A stretch of 44,330 bases of DNA from an uncultured Pseudomonadota bacterium (GCA_963843375.1 CAWJKT010000002.1:1-44330); one strand, 5' to 3'. Shown: positions 1 through 10,617, counted from the stretch's first letter. Program-made: numbers and translations. The notes: generated from the sequence alone by a model not told the origin.

Positions 1-1004
1 CTTGCTTGTTCCGCCGTAGCTCCCTTTTTCATATTCACAAGTATTTCATCCACTCCCGATTCGACACCATAAGAAACACCAATACAGCCCGAAGACCGCA
101 TTTCACGCAGAACTTCTTTATCCACATGGTCAACTCGGCTATTGGCCATCCAACGTATTTTTTTATCCAGTCCCCGTTTTTTGAGTTCGGCGCAGACTTC
201 CATCACGAATTTTTTGTTCTGATTAAAAGTATCAGACCACATGGTGAAATTACGAATTGAATGCTTTTCCAGGCACTCCTGCATTTCATCCACAACATTT
301 TCGGCGCTACGCAGCCGAAGTTTTTTTCCGTAATATTGGTGTGCCGTGCAATAAATACAAGAATAAGGACAACCGCGACTGGTAATGATCAGCGTATAGG
401 GTTCATTGATGACGGGGAGGGTGTATTTCGCGTTGTCCAACAAATGCCTAGCTGCAAAGGGTAGATCGTCTAAGTTTTCATTGAATGGTCGGTCCTCGTT
501 ATTAACAATGGTTCCATCAGCCCTTTTATATGAAATTCCCAAAACCTTGATGAGATCCCTTCCCTTTTCAATTGCATCCACCAAATCTTGGGCGGTTAAT
601 TCCGGTTCCCGTCGAATAACCGAGTCCAGGGAGCAGGCCTTCAAAACTTCCTCCGGCAACGAAGTCGCATGGTTTCCAATAACTGTAAAATGAGCCTTGC
701 TTACCTGTCGAATCATATCAATTACCTGAAGATCACTCGAGGAAGTGGCCGTCGACATGTTAAAAAGGATAAAGCCGGGATTGAAATCCTGAATAGCCTT
801 TTTAAGTCCTTCCACATCTATGTCGTTGGCAATACAATCCAGCACCTTCACCTCATGTTTCATGACTTCCAAAGCCCCTGCAATCATGGGCAAAGAGATG
901 GGCACCATCACATATTGAAAGGAATTGAGCCTTTGCTCACAACGTCCTTCCCGGATGTATTTCATACCAGTACAAGTGGGTGGATTCACAATTAATGTTT
1001 TCAT
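1..1004 (-). CDS. B12-binding (cobalamin-dependent) radical SAM protein, partial (runs off the left edge)
   Basis: Not in the ORF track. Hand translation from ATG at 1004 (GAGGTG Shine-Dalgarno upstream) gives MKTLIVNPPTCTGMKYIREGRCEQR..., a B12-binding-type N-terminal region, then SRGCPYSCIYC (CxxxCxxC, nt ~347-380) and YGVESG, typical of class B radical SAM enzymes. Confidence 0.9.
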   Translation of the reverse strand, partial: MKTLIVNPPTCTGMKYIREGRCEQRLNSFQYVMVPISLPMIAGALEVMKHEVKVLDCIANDIDVEGLKKAIQDFNPGFILFNMSTATSSSDLQVIDMIRQVSKAHFTVIGNHATSLPEEVLKACSLDSVIRREPELTAQDLVDAIEKGRDLIKVLGISYKRADGTIVNNEDRPFNENLDDLPFAARHLLDNAKYTLPVINEPYTLIITSRGCPYSCIYCTAHQYYGKKLRLRSAENVVDEMQECLEKHSIRNFTMWSDTFNQNKKFVMEVCAELKKRGLDKKIRWMANSRVDHVDKEVLREMRSSGCIGVSYGVESGVDEILVNMKKGATAEQA

Positions 1005-1144
1005 GGTCACCTCGTAAATTCCGAAATTTTTTAATTTTACTGTTTGGGATCATTGGCTGAAGACGGGCAGGTCTTAATTCGTTACAGTTGAATTATACCT
1101 GAAAAACAAGCCTTTTTCTCAAGCGGCCTTCAAATTTAGTCTAT

Positions 1145-2089
1145 TTAAAGCCGATCCCACTTCCAACATGCGACTTTCCATGGGTTTTCATTGTCAGATA
1201 AGGTTTGTTTTTCGCTTTTGCAACGTTCTTCTACATATGGACACCGGGGGTGAAAAGCACACCCAGTTGGAATATTTGCCGGATTGGATGGTTCCCCCAC
1301 AATTTTGATACCCTTCCCTTCTGTTGCAGCCAACAAAGTCCTCGTGTAGGGATGCCGAGGATTATTGAGCACTTTGTTCGTTTCGCCCGTTTCCACTACT
1401 TTCCCCAGATACATCACTAAAATCCGTTGGCTAAGGTATCCAACCACTTGAAGGTCATGGGAGATGAACAAATAGCTTATTTTCGTATCGCTGTTCAATC
1501 GAGATAACAAGTTCAAAATGGACGCCTGGACCGACACATCTAACGAGGATACCGGTTCGTCCAAAACGATCAAATCAGGTTTACAGGCCATAGCCCTTGC
1601 CAAACCGATTCTTTGCCGTTGTCCCCCGGAAAATTCATGCGGATACTTTTTCAGGTCTCTCTCAGATAAACCAACTCGGCTCAATAATTCTTTTACAAAA
1701 CTTACCCTTTCGGAGGGTTTCAATAGGCCGTGAACTTCCAAGGGCTCCAAAAGGATATCTTGGATTTTTTGTCGCGGATTTAAAGAAGCGAATGGATTCT
1801 GAAAAACCATTTGAAACTTCCGTTGAAATTCGCGTTTTTCTTTCCCCCCCATTTCTTCTCGATTAAGCCCATGCCAAAAAACATGTCCTTTTGTCGGTTC
1901 ATAAAGGCCTGTCACACATCTGCCCAAGGTACTTTTACCGCATCCCGATTCCCCCACCACACCTAGAATTTGACCCGCTTCCATTTCAAATGAGATATCA
2001 TCCACCGCCTTGACGTAGGCCGTTGGATTTCCCAACAAACCACGTTGGACCGGGAAATATTTAGCTATTTTTTGGACGGATAAAAGCAT
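1145..2089 (-). CDS. oppF: Oligopeptide/dipeptide ABC transporter ATP-binding protein (OppF/DppF type)
   Basis: Walker A GESGCGKST, signature FSGGQRQR, Walker B LDEP, HPYT and C-terminal GCAFHPRCP..C (oligo_HPY domain). Confidence 0.9.
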   Translation of the reverse strand: MLLSVQKIAKYFPVQRGLLGNPTAYVKAVDDISFEMEAGQILGVVGESGCGKSTLGRCVTGLYEPTKGHVFWHGLNREEMGGKEKREFQRKFQMVFQNPFASLNPRQKIQDILLEPLEVHGLLKPSERVSFVKELLSRVGLSERDLKKYPHEFSGGQRQRIGLARAMACKPDLIVLDEPVSSLDVSVQASILNLLSRLNSDTKISYLFISHDLQVVGYLSQRILVMYLGKVVETGETNKVLNNPRHPYTRTLLAATEGKGIKIVGEPSNPANIPTGCAFHPRCPYVEERCKSEKQTLSDNENPWKVACWKWDRL

Positions 2090-3042
2090 CGAACTTGATG
2101 TCCTTTGTACAATTCGCTAAGTACTGGGCTTTCCTTACGACATCTCGCTTCCACCCTAGGGCACCTATCTGCAAAGGAACACCCGGTGATTACTTCGAAA
2201 GGAGATGGCACCATCCCTCGGATACTAAAAAGCTCTTTCCCCTTTTGGGAAAATTCCGGAAGGGAAGCCAACAACCCCTCTGTATAAGGATGCTGGGGGT
2301 GTTCGAATAGTTCCCTGGATGTTCCTTCTTCCACTACTTGTCCCAAATATAAAATGGCCACCCGATCCGCACGGTCGCTCACAATACGTAAATCATGGGT
2401 AATAAACAAAATCGCCAAACGATGCTGTTCCGTCATTCGAAACAATAGATCCAAAACTTGTGTTTGGACCGTGACATCCAGTGCGGTCGTTGGCTCATCC
2501 GCGATAAGAAGTGAAGGACTACAGGCGATAGCCATAGCGATCATGACCCGCTGGCACATGCCACCTGATAGCTGGTGGGGATATTGCCGCATGATCCGTT
2601 CCGGATCCGGTAATCCCACTTCGGTTAATAAAACTGCAATTTTATCGTGAATTTCTATACCAGTAAGTCCTAAATGAACTTTTAGGGTTTCGGCCAATTG
2701 TTTCCCGACCGAAATAACCGGGTTCAGGGAGGTGAAGGGTTCCTGAAAAATCATCCCTATTTCCTTCCCCCGTATTCCTCTCCACTCCTCCTCCGAAAGA
2801 CCTCCCAAATCACGGCCTTTAAAATGTATTTGGCCCTCGATCATTTCCATTGGGGGTTGGGGTAATAGATGGAGGATCGAAAGAGCGGTCATACTTTTAC
2901 CGCATCCCGATTCCCCCACCAAAGCGAGCTTTTGCCCTTCTTGAAGGACAAGGTCCAAGCCATTTAAAATACGACCCGCGAATCCCTTTTGGGAGCTTTT
3001 AATGATAACTTTCAAATTTTGGACGGTTAATAAGGGGGACAA
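2065..3042 (-). CDS. oppD: Oligopeptide/dipeptide ABC transporter ATP-binding protein (OppD/DppD type)
   Basis: GESGCGKS, IFQEP, LSGGMCQR, ADEPTTALD, HPYT, GCSFADRC; overlaps the oppF-type gene. Confidence 0.9.
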   Translation of the reverse strand: MSPLLTVQNLKVIIKSSQKGFAGRILNGLDLVLQEGQKLALVGESGCGKSMTALSILHLLPQPPMEMIEGQIHFKGRDLGGLSEEEWRGIRGKEIGMIFQEPFTSLNPVISVGKQLAETLKVHLGLTGIEIHDKIAVLLTEVGLPDPERIMRQYPHQLSGGMCQRVMIAMAIACSPSLLIADEPTTALDVTVQTQVLDLLFRMTEQHRLAILFITHDLRIVSDRADRVAILYLGQVVEEGTSRELFEHPQHPYTEGLLASLPEFSQKGKELFSIRGMVPSPFEVITGCSFADRCPRVEARCRKESPVLSELYKGHQVRCFYPSKK

Positions 3043-3074
3043 GTTTTTTCCGTACTTTTGGGGATTTTTAGCGG

Positions 3075-3857
3075 CTAAAGAGTTTTAACATTCTTAAATT
3101 GGACATTCAGCGAAGGGTAATCAATCACGGCATAATGACCCTCAAAAAAGGGACCCGGGTTCACGACCACCGCCGGCCCCAATTTCACGGTTCCCTGTCC
3201 TGATTTTGCCCGGCCGCACATCACCAGTTTCGGGGAAACCCTTTCAATGAGTTCGTTTATCAGCAAAACGCCACAATGCTCGCCATCGGATAAATCCAAC
3301 CGACAGACGGGTGGTGAATGTAGAAGAAGAATTTTCACGCCTGGAAAATATTCCAACCGTCTCAAAGCGAATTCCACCCATACCCTGGAATATTGAAGAA
3401 CCAGTTCGCGGTTGTCCTCACTTATTGTCATGTCCCCGCCATAACCAGCCACCATGAATTGGTCTTCCTGGTGCATCATTTCGTGAGTGGGCTTCAGGTT
3501 GGGATAAATATGGGCATAATTATAAATGGTTTTAAAATAAGTCGATTCAGGAGCGTCATTATAACCTGGAATGGCATAAACGATTTTTTGGGTATCCGCT
3601 AGGGCCAAAAGTAATTGTTGGAGATATTCGGTATCTTCTTGAATTTCCTGCTGAATATTTGGATTTTCCGCGTCCGGTTTACTATGAAATTTCCTAGCTG
3701 TTTCGTATTCTAAAAGTCGTTTGTCACCCTTCATCGATCCACCGCAATAAAAAATGATATCGGGATCCTCGCTTTGAACCATTCGAGGTATAGCGGGAAG
3801 CAATTCATTTGCTCCGTGGTAGTCGGTCAAACACAAGAACTTCAAGTTTCTCTCCAA
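3075..3857 (-). CDS. Calcineurin-like metallophosphoesterase (TT1561/aq_1956-like, Metallophos_3 type)
   Basis: TDYHG, PGYNDAP, AGYGG, LLHSPP and VVNPG motifs match my recollection of this divergent MPE family. Confidence 0.75.
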   Translation of the reverse strand: MERNLKFLCLTDYHGANELLPAIPRMVQSEDPDIIFYCGGSMKGDKRLLEYETARKFHSKPDAENPNIQQEIQEDTEYLQQLLLALADTQKIVYAIPGYNDAPESTYFKTIYNYAHIYPNLKPTHEMMHQEDQFMVAGYGGDMTISEDNRELVLQYSRVWVEFALRRLEYFPGVKILLLHSPPVCRLDLSDGEHCGVLLINELIERVSPKLVMCGRAKSGQGTVKLGPAVVVNPGPFFEGHYAVIDYPSLNVQFKNVKTL

Positions 3858-3921
3858 AGCACTCGAAATTAAAAACCGACAGGTCTGTCACTAGACTAAT
3901 TTTGTTAAGCAAATAACTTCA

Positions 3922-3951
3922 TTGCGGCCCTGCAAGGCTTTCCGATACAAT
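3922..3951 (+). promoter_or_regulatory. Possible sigma70 promoter for the DUF4921 gene
   Basis: TTGCGG (3922-3927), 18-bp spacer, TACAAT (3946-3951), about 46 nt before the ATG at 3998. Confidence 0.35.
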
Positions 3952-3997
3952 TCTACTCTACTAGGATTGAACTTCAAACAACGAACCCAAAAACGAA

Positions 3998-5320
3998 ATG
4001 CCTAAATATCAAAACCCCTATTTCACCCTGCCGGACGGAACTTTAAAGCACATCCATCCGCTCACCGGAACGGAAGTTTGGACGGTTCCAACGAGGGCTT
4101 ACCGGCCTTTTGTGAATCGTAACTCCATTCCACCCAAACCCCTGACCGGAAGAGATAAAGAAAGTTACTGCGACTTTTGCCAAACGGAGTATTTCCAAAC
4201 TCCCCCTGAAAAATCCAGGTTGGTTTTGAGTTCTGATGGTTCATATCAAAAAATAGACCGATTGAACCCCGACCTGATTCAAGCTTCCTACGCTCAATTT
4301 CGCAGAGTGGCCAATCTTTTTGAGATTGTCACATTTGATTACTGGTTCAAGAACCACGGTTTCCAGTTATCCCCTTCTCAAACCCAATGGAAAGGAAATT
4401 ACACCGGTAATTCCAAGGGTTTAGATCATGTGTTGGGACTCATCGACGCCAAATTGAAGCTTTCCGGAGCACTTCCCGAAAGAATCATGGAGATGTCAAA
4501 CGATGAAAAGCTAAAACTATCGGACGCTTTCTTTGGCGGAACCCATGAAGTGATACCGGCAGGACGTCATTTCCGTTCGGGAGCCCAATGGGATAATGAG
4601 CTTTACTCCTCGGGCGAGATGACGCCCGAAGAACATTACCGCTATATGCGCTTCACCATCGATGCCATGGTTGACATTTACGCCAATAACCGATTCGTTC
4701 GTTATGTCACCATTTTCCAAAACTGGCTCCAGCCTGCAGGGGCTTCTTTCGATCATTTACACAAACAACTGGTGGGCCTGGATGAATGGGGAAACGCCAT
4801 CCAGGAGGAGATCGACATCACTCGGGAAAACCCAAACATTTATAACGAATCGATTGTTAATTTCTCCGCCCATCACAATCTGGTTTTCGCGGAGAATAAC
4901 CACGCGATTGCCTTGTCGGAAATCGGCCACCGTTACCCAACTTTAGGCGTTTACTCCAAAAGCAAAAAAAATCGCCCAGACGAGCATACGGAAGAGGAGT
5001 TAAGGGCTTTTTCCGACCTCCTCCACGCTTGCCATGCCGCCATGGGAAGCCAAATTCCATGCAATGAAGTGTGGTATTACTCACCGCGGGACACCGTCGA
5101 AGTCATGCCTTGGCATGTCCTGATTAAATGGAGAACGGTAAATCCGGCAGGATTTGAAGGCGGCACTAAAATCTTTATCAATCCCGTTTCCCCAATTCAG
5201 TTGAGGGACCAGGTTGTCCCCCGCCTCTATGAATTGCGGGAAAAAGGGAAAATAAAAAACATTCGCATCGCCACGGAATGCGAACTAAAACCTAATCCCC
5301 TGCTTTACGGACAAAAATAA
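3998..5320 (+). CDS. DUF4921-family protein (GalT/HIT-like nucleotidyltransferase fold)
   Basis: N-terminal DGTLKHIHPLTGTEVWTVP.RAYRP, CDFC, and FQNWLQPAGASFDHLHKQL (HxHxQ GalT-type motif); AGFEGGTKIFIN near the C-terminus. Confidence 0.8.
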   Translation: MPKYQNPYFTLPDGTLKHIHPLTGTEVWTVPTRAYRPFVNRNSIPPKPLTGRDKESYCDFCQTEYFQTPPEKSRLVLSSDGSYQKIDRLNPDLIQASYAQFRRVANLFEIVTFDYWFKNHGFQLSPSQTQWKGNYTGNSKGLDHVLGLIDAKLKLSGALPERIMEMSNDEKLKLSDAFFGGTHEVIPAGRHFRSGAQWDNELYSSGEMTPEEHYRYMRFTIDAMVDIYANNRFVRYVTIFQNWLQPAGASFDHLHKQLVGLDEWGNAIQEEIDITRENPNIYNESIVNFSAHHNLVFAENNHAIALSEIGHRYPTLGVYSKSKKNRPDEHTEEELRAFSDLLHACHAAMGSQIPCNEVWYYSPRDTVEVMPWHVLIKWRTVNPAGFEGGTKIFINPVSPIQLRDQVVPRLYELREKGKIKNIRIATECELKPNPLLYGQK

Positions 5321-5327
5321 GTTTATT

Positions 5328-7381
5328 TTACCCACCCACTGGAGAATGCATCACCAACTTTACCCAGTCCTTCTCACCTTCAAAACCTGGCAACAGTTCA
5401 ACCTTCTGTGGTTCTAATCGAGGCTCCAAACGAACCGCAAAGACAAAACTGTTTTCATAAATTCCAACGGGATCCATAAAATACTTCCAAAACCTTACAT
5501 ACTCTGAAACTGGCATTCCCTCGAGTTTGAAGTCTTTTTCTTCATGGGACATGGCTCCCGCTTCCCATTCCTGGTATAAGAAATAACGAACCCCTTCTTT
5601 TTGAAGAACCATTGCCAATTCTTCGGCGGTTTTACAATGGGATGCCCATTGAAAGAAAATAGGCCTTTTCCACTTAAAATCCACAAAGGCAATCCGTTGC
5701 AAGGGATAAGTTTGGAATACTGCAAAAGCAAGCACCTTATCCTTAGAGTCCGAATGGTCTTCGATTCCCTTGTAGGCGGAGTATGTATCCAGGTCATAGG
5801 AGTAATGTCGTTTAAGCCTTAATAGTGGATCTTCAAGTCCTAAGGCTGAAGCGTAGGGAGCCGTTGTCGTCAGTTGAGCTGAGAGGCAAAGCCAAAAAGA
5901 AAGAGCAACGCCCGCTCCGAATAGAATTTTTGCACCGTTCCTTTTTTCCTTAAAACCCTCTCCCCAAGCCATTGCCGCAAGGAGGATCAGTACCACCGCG
6001 CACCCGGAAGCATGGCGAAAACTAGAACTAATAAAAATCCACCCAGCAAAATACAGTACAAAAAAGAACAAAAGAAAAAATCCAAATCTTGTTTTTACTA
6101 TATTCCAAGCCCAGGGGAGGCTCATCGCCACGAGAGGCGTCCATGGGGCATTCACTGCATTGGAAGTGGTGAAAAAGGAATTCCATAAATTCATAAAAAG
6201 ATCGGCAAAACCTCTTGGTAACCCTGTATCGGTTAATAAATCGCTTCCCATTTCCGGACTATATCCGACAGCCGCTCCAAAAATGGAAATCGCCAACGGA
6301 TAAACAGGGTTTCCAAATGCAAGCCAGTTTTTAAACATCCAGGGGAATATGGGCAGAACGAATATCAGAACAGATATCAAATTTAGCTTTAATGGATTTT
6401 TCCGAATTAACTTTTCATAAATCCAAATTAACACCATAGGGATCAAGGCCAAAACAGCCGTATATTTAATCGCAAATGCCGTTCCCAGGAAAAACGTCAT
6501 CATAGGCAACCAAACCCTATCCCTCGGTTTTTGAAGAGCATTCCAAAAACAAAAAAGAGCTATGATTTCGAAAAAAGCCAGAAACCCTTCCACGTATCCC
6601 CAGGAATAAAGGGCAAGGAAAAAAGGGCAAGTCCAAAAGATTAAGGCGGTTAACTTTCCCGTTTGATTCCCTTCACGGGCAAATAGAACGAGCAACCAAT
6701 TCGTGAGGATTGCAGGCAATGCGCTTGAAAGCTTGGCTAGGCTCTCCCCCCCAAGTTCCAAAATCCGGCTAAAACGAGTTCCTCGGCTTTGGGCATATCA
6801 CCCGTGTGGTTAGTCCAATGAAGGAGGATTTGATGAAGCCGAGAGACTTCCCTGGCAAAACGAAAATGGTCCAAGATGGCATCCCAAACCAATGGAGGGG
6901 ATAAATATTCAAATGCCCATATACCCAACGGAAAGATCAACCATAAACCCCAAATTCCAGGCTTTGATCCCGAAAAGAAAAAAGCGAAATCTTTTCGTCC
7001 TTTCCAACCTTCCATTATGGGCGGAATGAAAAACAATGCAGTCAGAGGCCAATAAAGGATTTCATTCACCGATAAACCGAAAATATAAAGCGAGAAAAAA
7101 CCAAGAGCCAGGGAAAACCCCAAAAGAAGCGCCACACTTTTTTCAGTCTTCGGAAAAAAACCGGCCTTAAACCAACGCGCCCAACCCATAAATCCAAAAC
7201 CAATCGGAACTAACCATAAAAACGAGACGCCTCTTTGAATGATCGTAGGAAAAAAGAAATTTCCATTCCATTGCGTATCTTGAAGAAGCTTCAATGAAGG
7301 GAAAAAGGGAGATTTGCCGATGCCATAAATGAAAATGGCAAGAATCAGCAAGGAAGCCAAAGTCTTTTTCAAGAATTCCAC
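5328..7381 (-). CDS. Polytopic membrane glycosyltransferase-like protein (GT-C/ArnT-PMT type), split by one frameshift
   Basis: ORFs 6737..7381 and 5328..6761 join if the G7 run (C7 at 6746-6752 on +) is G8: WNLGG-ESLAKLSS. Many transmembrane segments; WDAILDH, KYTA and PWMFKNWLAFGNPVYP are typical of these proteins. Confidence 0.7.
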
Positions 7382-7396
7382 CTTGGTTTGGCTTGA

Positions 7397-7424
7397 TTGA
7401 CAATCAAAAGTCGAGAGATATAAT
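7397..7424 (+). promoter_or_regulatory. Sigma70 promoter for tRNA-Leu
   Basis: Perfect TTGACA (7397-7402), 16-bp spacer, perfect TATAAT (7419-7424), 45 nt upstream of the tRNA. Confidence 0.85.
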
Positions 7425-7469
7425 ACGCTTCCTTTCAGTTGGAAGGAATCAACCTTCTAATCGATGGAA

Positions 7470-7553
7470 GCCCGGGTGGTGAAATGGCAGACACGTACGC
7501 TTGAGGTGCGTATGGGGAAACCCGTGCGGGTTCGAGTCCCGCCTCGGGCACCA
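7470..7553 (+). tRNA. tRNA-Leu (anticodon GAG)
   Basis: GCCCGGG/CTCGGGC acceptor stem, D-arm GGTGAAATGGCAGACAC, anticodon stem TACGC-TTGAGGT-GCGTA, long variable arm GGG-GAAA-CCC, T-loop GGTTCGAGTCC, encoded CCA. Confidence 0.97.
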
Positions 7554-7640
7554 ATTTTTCCAGGTGAAACTTCGGTTTAGGACGCCAAAATTGGCAATCG
7601 GCGCCCCTTGGGTCCTTTTAATCGATAAAAAGCCCAGTTC

Positions 7641-8297
7641 CTAAACGCACCCATTTTGAGTTTGAATCCCTAGAGAAACGATAAGCTCGTTAAAAGTTTG
7701 AAAACTGTAATCCGCATTGAGGCATTTTCCAAAACCGTATTGGACAAAAGCGAAAGCTATTCCACAATCCCTTGCAGCTTTCTGATCACCCTCGGCATCT
7801 CCTACCATCAAGGGGTTTTTTAGTCCATTTCGTCGAATCAAATCTCCCAAATTATCGGTTTTTGTTCTGCCGGTGTTTCCCCAACATTCAAAATCCCTGA
7901 AAAGCAAGCTAAAGCCTGTCCAATCAAGAAAGGTTTCAATGTATCCTGCCTGGCAGTTGCTCACGATGAATAACGGATAGGCTTGGGCAAGTTTCGGAAG
8001 CTTATCTTTCACACCCAAATATAACTCACCCCCTTTTTCTCCAACCAATCGATTATCTTCTTCCATCGTTTGGGTAAGAATGAGTTGAAGGGTATCTTCG
8101 GGCAACCCAAGAAAAGTTTGCCGAATACAGGTTTCATGAGGTTTTCCGGTAACGGCCCGGACATCCTCGGCTAAAATTTGACGAAATGGAATTTGGTTTC
8201 TTTGGAGGACATTGTTCCAAGCAATCGCACATGTGGAACAGGTATCCCAAAGGGTGCCATCAAGGTCGAACACAATGGAATCAAAAGAGAGCCCCAC
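7641..8297 (-). CDS. HAD-superfamily hydrolase (phosphoglycolate phosphatase-like)
   Basis: Motif [10 protein letters not shown], motif II VSN, Lys in GRTK, motif IV VGDAEGD. Confidence 0.85.
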   Translation of the reverse strand: MGLSFDSIVFDLDGTLWDTCSTCAIAWNNVLQRNQIPFRQILAEDVRAVTGKPHETCIRQTFLGLPEDTLQLILTQTMEEDNRLVGEKGGELYLGVKDKLPKLAQAYPLFIVSNCQAGYIETFLDWTGFSLLFRDFECWGNTGRTKTDNLGDLIRRNGLKNPLMVGDAEGDQKAARDCGIAFAFVQYGFGKCLNADYSFQTFNELIVSLGIQTQNGCV

Positions 8298-8302
8298 CTG
8301 CG

Positions 8303-9362
8303 CTATTTCAGCTTTTCCTTCAGAGCCAGTGCGTCCGGATTATCGGATTGGAAAGACAAGGCCGTTTTTAAATAAAATTTGGCCTCTTTGCCGCTGCCTT
8401 GATCCGAGAAAGTGGAAGCCACCGCGGCGTAGTAACTTGCCCGCATGCCATTGATATCTTTTCCTGGTACCTTTTCTTTTTGAAGTTCGTTGAAAAAGGC
8501 CTTGGCCTTCTGGCCCAACACCGCGACTTGGTCCTTTTTAATGAGGTTAGGAACCAACTCGGTATTTAATTTAGTCATTGCGGTTTGTGGGTCTAATGGT
8601 TCATCCCACCAACCATTTTTTGACGGATGGCTTTCTTTCACGGGTTTTTCGTTGGAAGCGGCTGGAGCGATGGCTGGCTTATTTTCAGCTACTTCCGCTA
8701 CCGCAATCGATGTTCCCGACCAGCCCGCTGGTCCACCCAAAGCCGCCTTGGATTCCACGAACTGTTTCTTGGCTCCGTCCCAATCCAAAACGTGTTCGGC
8801 GTCATTTCGGTCTTTGACGAAATCCTTGGAAGAACACCACAATTCGGTTCCATCGATTTTCACGAAAACCTGCGGGGCTGAGGCATCCAAGACCTGTTTC
8901 ATTGCGCCATCGATATAAGCGAATCCCTTCAGGTTCTGGCCCCCCTTTAGGTCATCCCGCTGGAAAATCAAAAAAGGCACCTTTTTATCCGGGATCGTCA
9001 CAAACCTCAACCATTGGATGGTTCCACCCTCGTCCTGGAAGCTCTTTTCGTATTTCTTTTGTTCGGCGTTATAAAAACAAATGTTTAAGGTTTGGTTATG
9101 GGGTTTGTCCAGTTCGTTGACAGGGGCCGATTGGCGGTAAATGAGCAGAAGATCCTTTTGTCCGATTCCGCGAAAATCCTCGAAATCGAAAAGCCCCTTA
9201 CTTTCGATTTTTCCGTCGTCATCCATCCAAGGAAGGTTTTCAAGGAGATGGTCCGGCGGAAGGATCGAATCCATCCATTGATTTTGGGCCTTCGCCATGC
9301 CCGGCAAAGCTTGCGAAAATACCCAGAAATAAAAAAATCTTTTTCAAATTGGAAAACTTCAT
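8303..9362 (-). CDS. Hypothetical exported protein; signal peptide separated by a frameshift
   Basis: ORF 8303..9307 has no good start. ATG at 9362 has a GAGGGG Shine-Dalgarno, and removing one base from the C3 run at 9300-9302 gives MKFSNLKKIFLFLGIFASFAGMAKA-QNQW, a Sec signal peptide. The C-terminal helix pair looks TPR-like. Confidence 0.6.
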
Positions 9363-9396
9363 TTTTCCCCTCACGCTAAATAACCGCTGGTTAAAA

Positions 9397-10401
9397 CTAA
9401 GGCTTTAACCATCCGGAGATTAAATAAAATTGAACTGTATTCTTCAACCCTTTTTCAATATCAAATCTCGGTTTAAAGCCAAGCCTTTGACGAATCTTCC
9501 GATTACTGCATACCCAGCCGGGAACCCCCGCTTCCTTCAGCTTATCGGTACTGACAATCGGCGGTAAAAAAGATTTGCCGGTTAACCGGGCCAGCCCATC
9601 TCCTAATAACGCCGCTATTCTAACGATTCCCAGTGGAACATTGAACGATTTATAAGACTTTTTAAGAATTCGTCCGATATGGGCTGATAATTCATTCCAA
9701 TTCAAACTTTTCCCATCGCAAACAAAGAAAATCTGCCCCTTGGCCTTGGGGGAATGTCCGGCCAGAAGGATGGCATCCACCAGATCGGCCACATAAATAA
9801 AGCTAACCCTTTGGGTTCCGTCCCCTCCGTTCACCACCAATCCCTGCCGTACCATCTTAAAATACTCGAAAATATCGGTTTCCCGTGGCCCATAAACCGC
9901 TCCCGGCCGCAAAATAGAAATCTCGAATTTTTCATGATAAGAGAGGACTATTTCCTCCGCCAATCGCTTGGTCTTTCCGTAAAAACTGACGGGGTGGGAG
10001 GGCATGGTTTCATCGATTTCGCCACCCAGGGGTGAAGGCCCTGCGGCTGAAAGCGAACTGACATAAACCAGCCTGCGGAATCCCTTCTCCTCCTGGACCG
10101 CCTGGCAAACATTCCTTGTTCCTTCGGTGTTCACCATTTGATAGGCCGAATAATCCGCTCCCCTTAAAATTCCCGCCAAATGATAAACGATCTTTACGCC
10201 TTTAACCGCTTTCCGGACGGATTCCAAATCCGTCACGTCGCCATAGCACAATTCCATTAGTGGCGTTATGGGAAAGGGCAACCTACTCGTATTCCTGACC
10301 AGCAACTTCACTTTTACTTTTTGTCGAGACAAAGACTCAGCCAAATGGCTCCCGACAAAACCGCTGGCTCCAGTGATTAAAACAGGCGAATTAAATTTCA
10401 T
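9397..10401 (-). CDS. cerR: NAD(P)-dependent epimerase/dehydratase (extended SDR), probable ceramide reductase CerR
   Basis: TGASGFVG, HLAG, SSLSAAGP, YGKTK (YxxxK), LRPGAVYGP. The family call is solid; the CerR call rests on its divergent position next to spt and bcerS. Confidence 0.65.
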   Translation of the reverse strand: MKFNSPVLITGASGFVGSHLAESLSRQKVKVKLLVRNTSRLPFPITPLMELCYGDVTDLESVRKAVKGVKIVYHLAGILRGADYSAYQMVNTEGTRNVCQAVQEEKGFRRLVYVSSLSAAGPSPLGGEIDETMPSHPVSFYGKTKRLAEEIVLSYHEKFEISILRPGAVYGPRETDIFEYFKMVRQGLVVNGGDGTQRVSFIYVADLVDAILLAGHSPKAKGQIFFVCDGKSLNWNELSAHIGRILKKSYKSFNVPLGIVRIAALLGDGLARLTGKSFLPPIVSTDKLKEAGVPGWVCSNRKIRQRLGFKPRFDIEKGLKNTVQFYLISGWLKP

Positions 10402-10458
10402 TCCGACCCTTTACAAAATGAAAATGGGAGCTGGTAAACCCTAAAACCGGCAAAATGT

Positions 10459-10487
10459 TTGATTCAGGGTGGTCCCTATCCTATAAT
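10459..10487 (+). promoter_or_regulatory. Sigma70 promoter for spt-bcerS
   Basis: TTGATT (10459-10464), 17-bp spacer, TATAAT (10482-10487). Confidence 0.65.
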
Positions 10488-10617
10488 GCCCCGTCGCTTT
10501 GACCCAAACCCCTTGACTCTTCGTTGGCTTCAACGAAAAAAGGGATTAACCCCGCAGTTATTATGCTGATTTCGACACTCCCGTGGGGCAAAAACAACTT
10601 TAAATATTAGAGGTATC

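Noticed and set aside
6..995. Four + strand ORFs at the window start
   Set aside because: They are antisense to the radical SAM gene on the - strand, which the ORF track missed because it runs off the edge.
7566..7606. Small hairpins downstream of the tRNA (AAAC-TTCG-GTTT; GCCAA-AA-TTGGC)
   Set aside because: Stems are too short and lack a clear U-tract to call a terminator or ncRNA.
7470..7640. tRNA-Leu as an integration site for an island carrying the sphingolipid genes
   Set aside because: No integrase, and no convincing duplicate of the tRNA 3' end (only a 9-nt TCGGGCACC near 13756).
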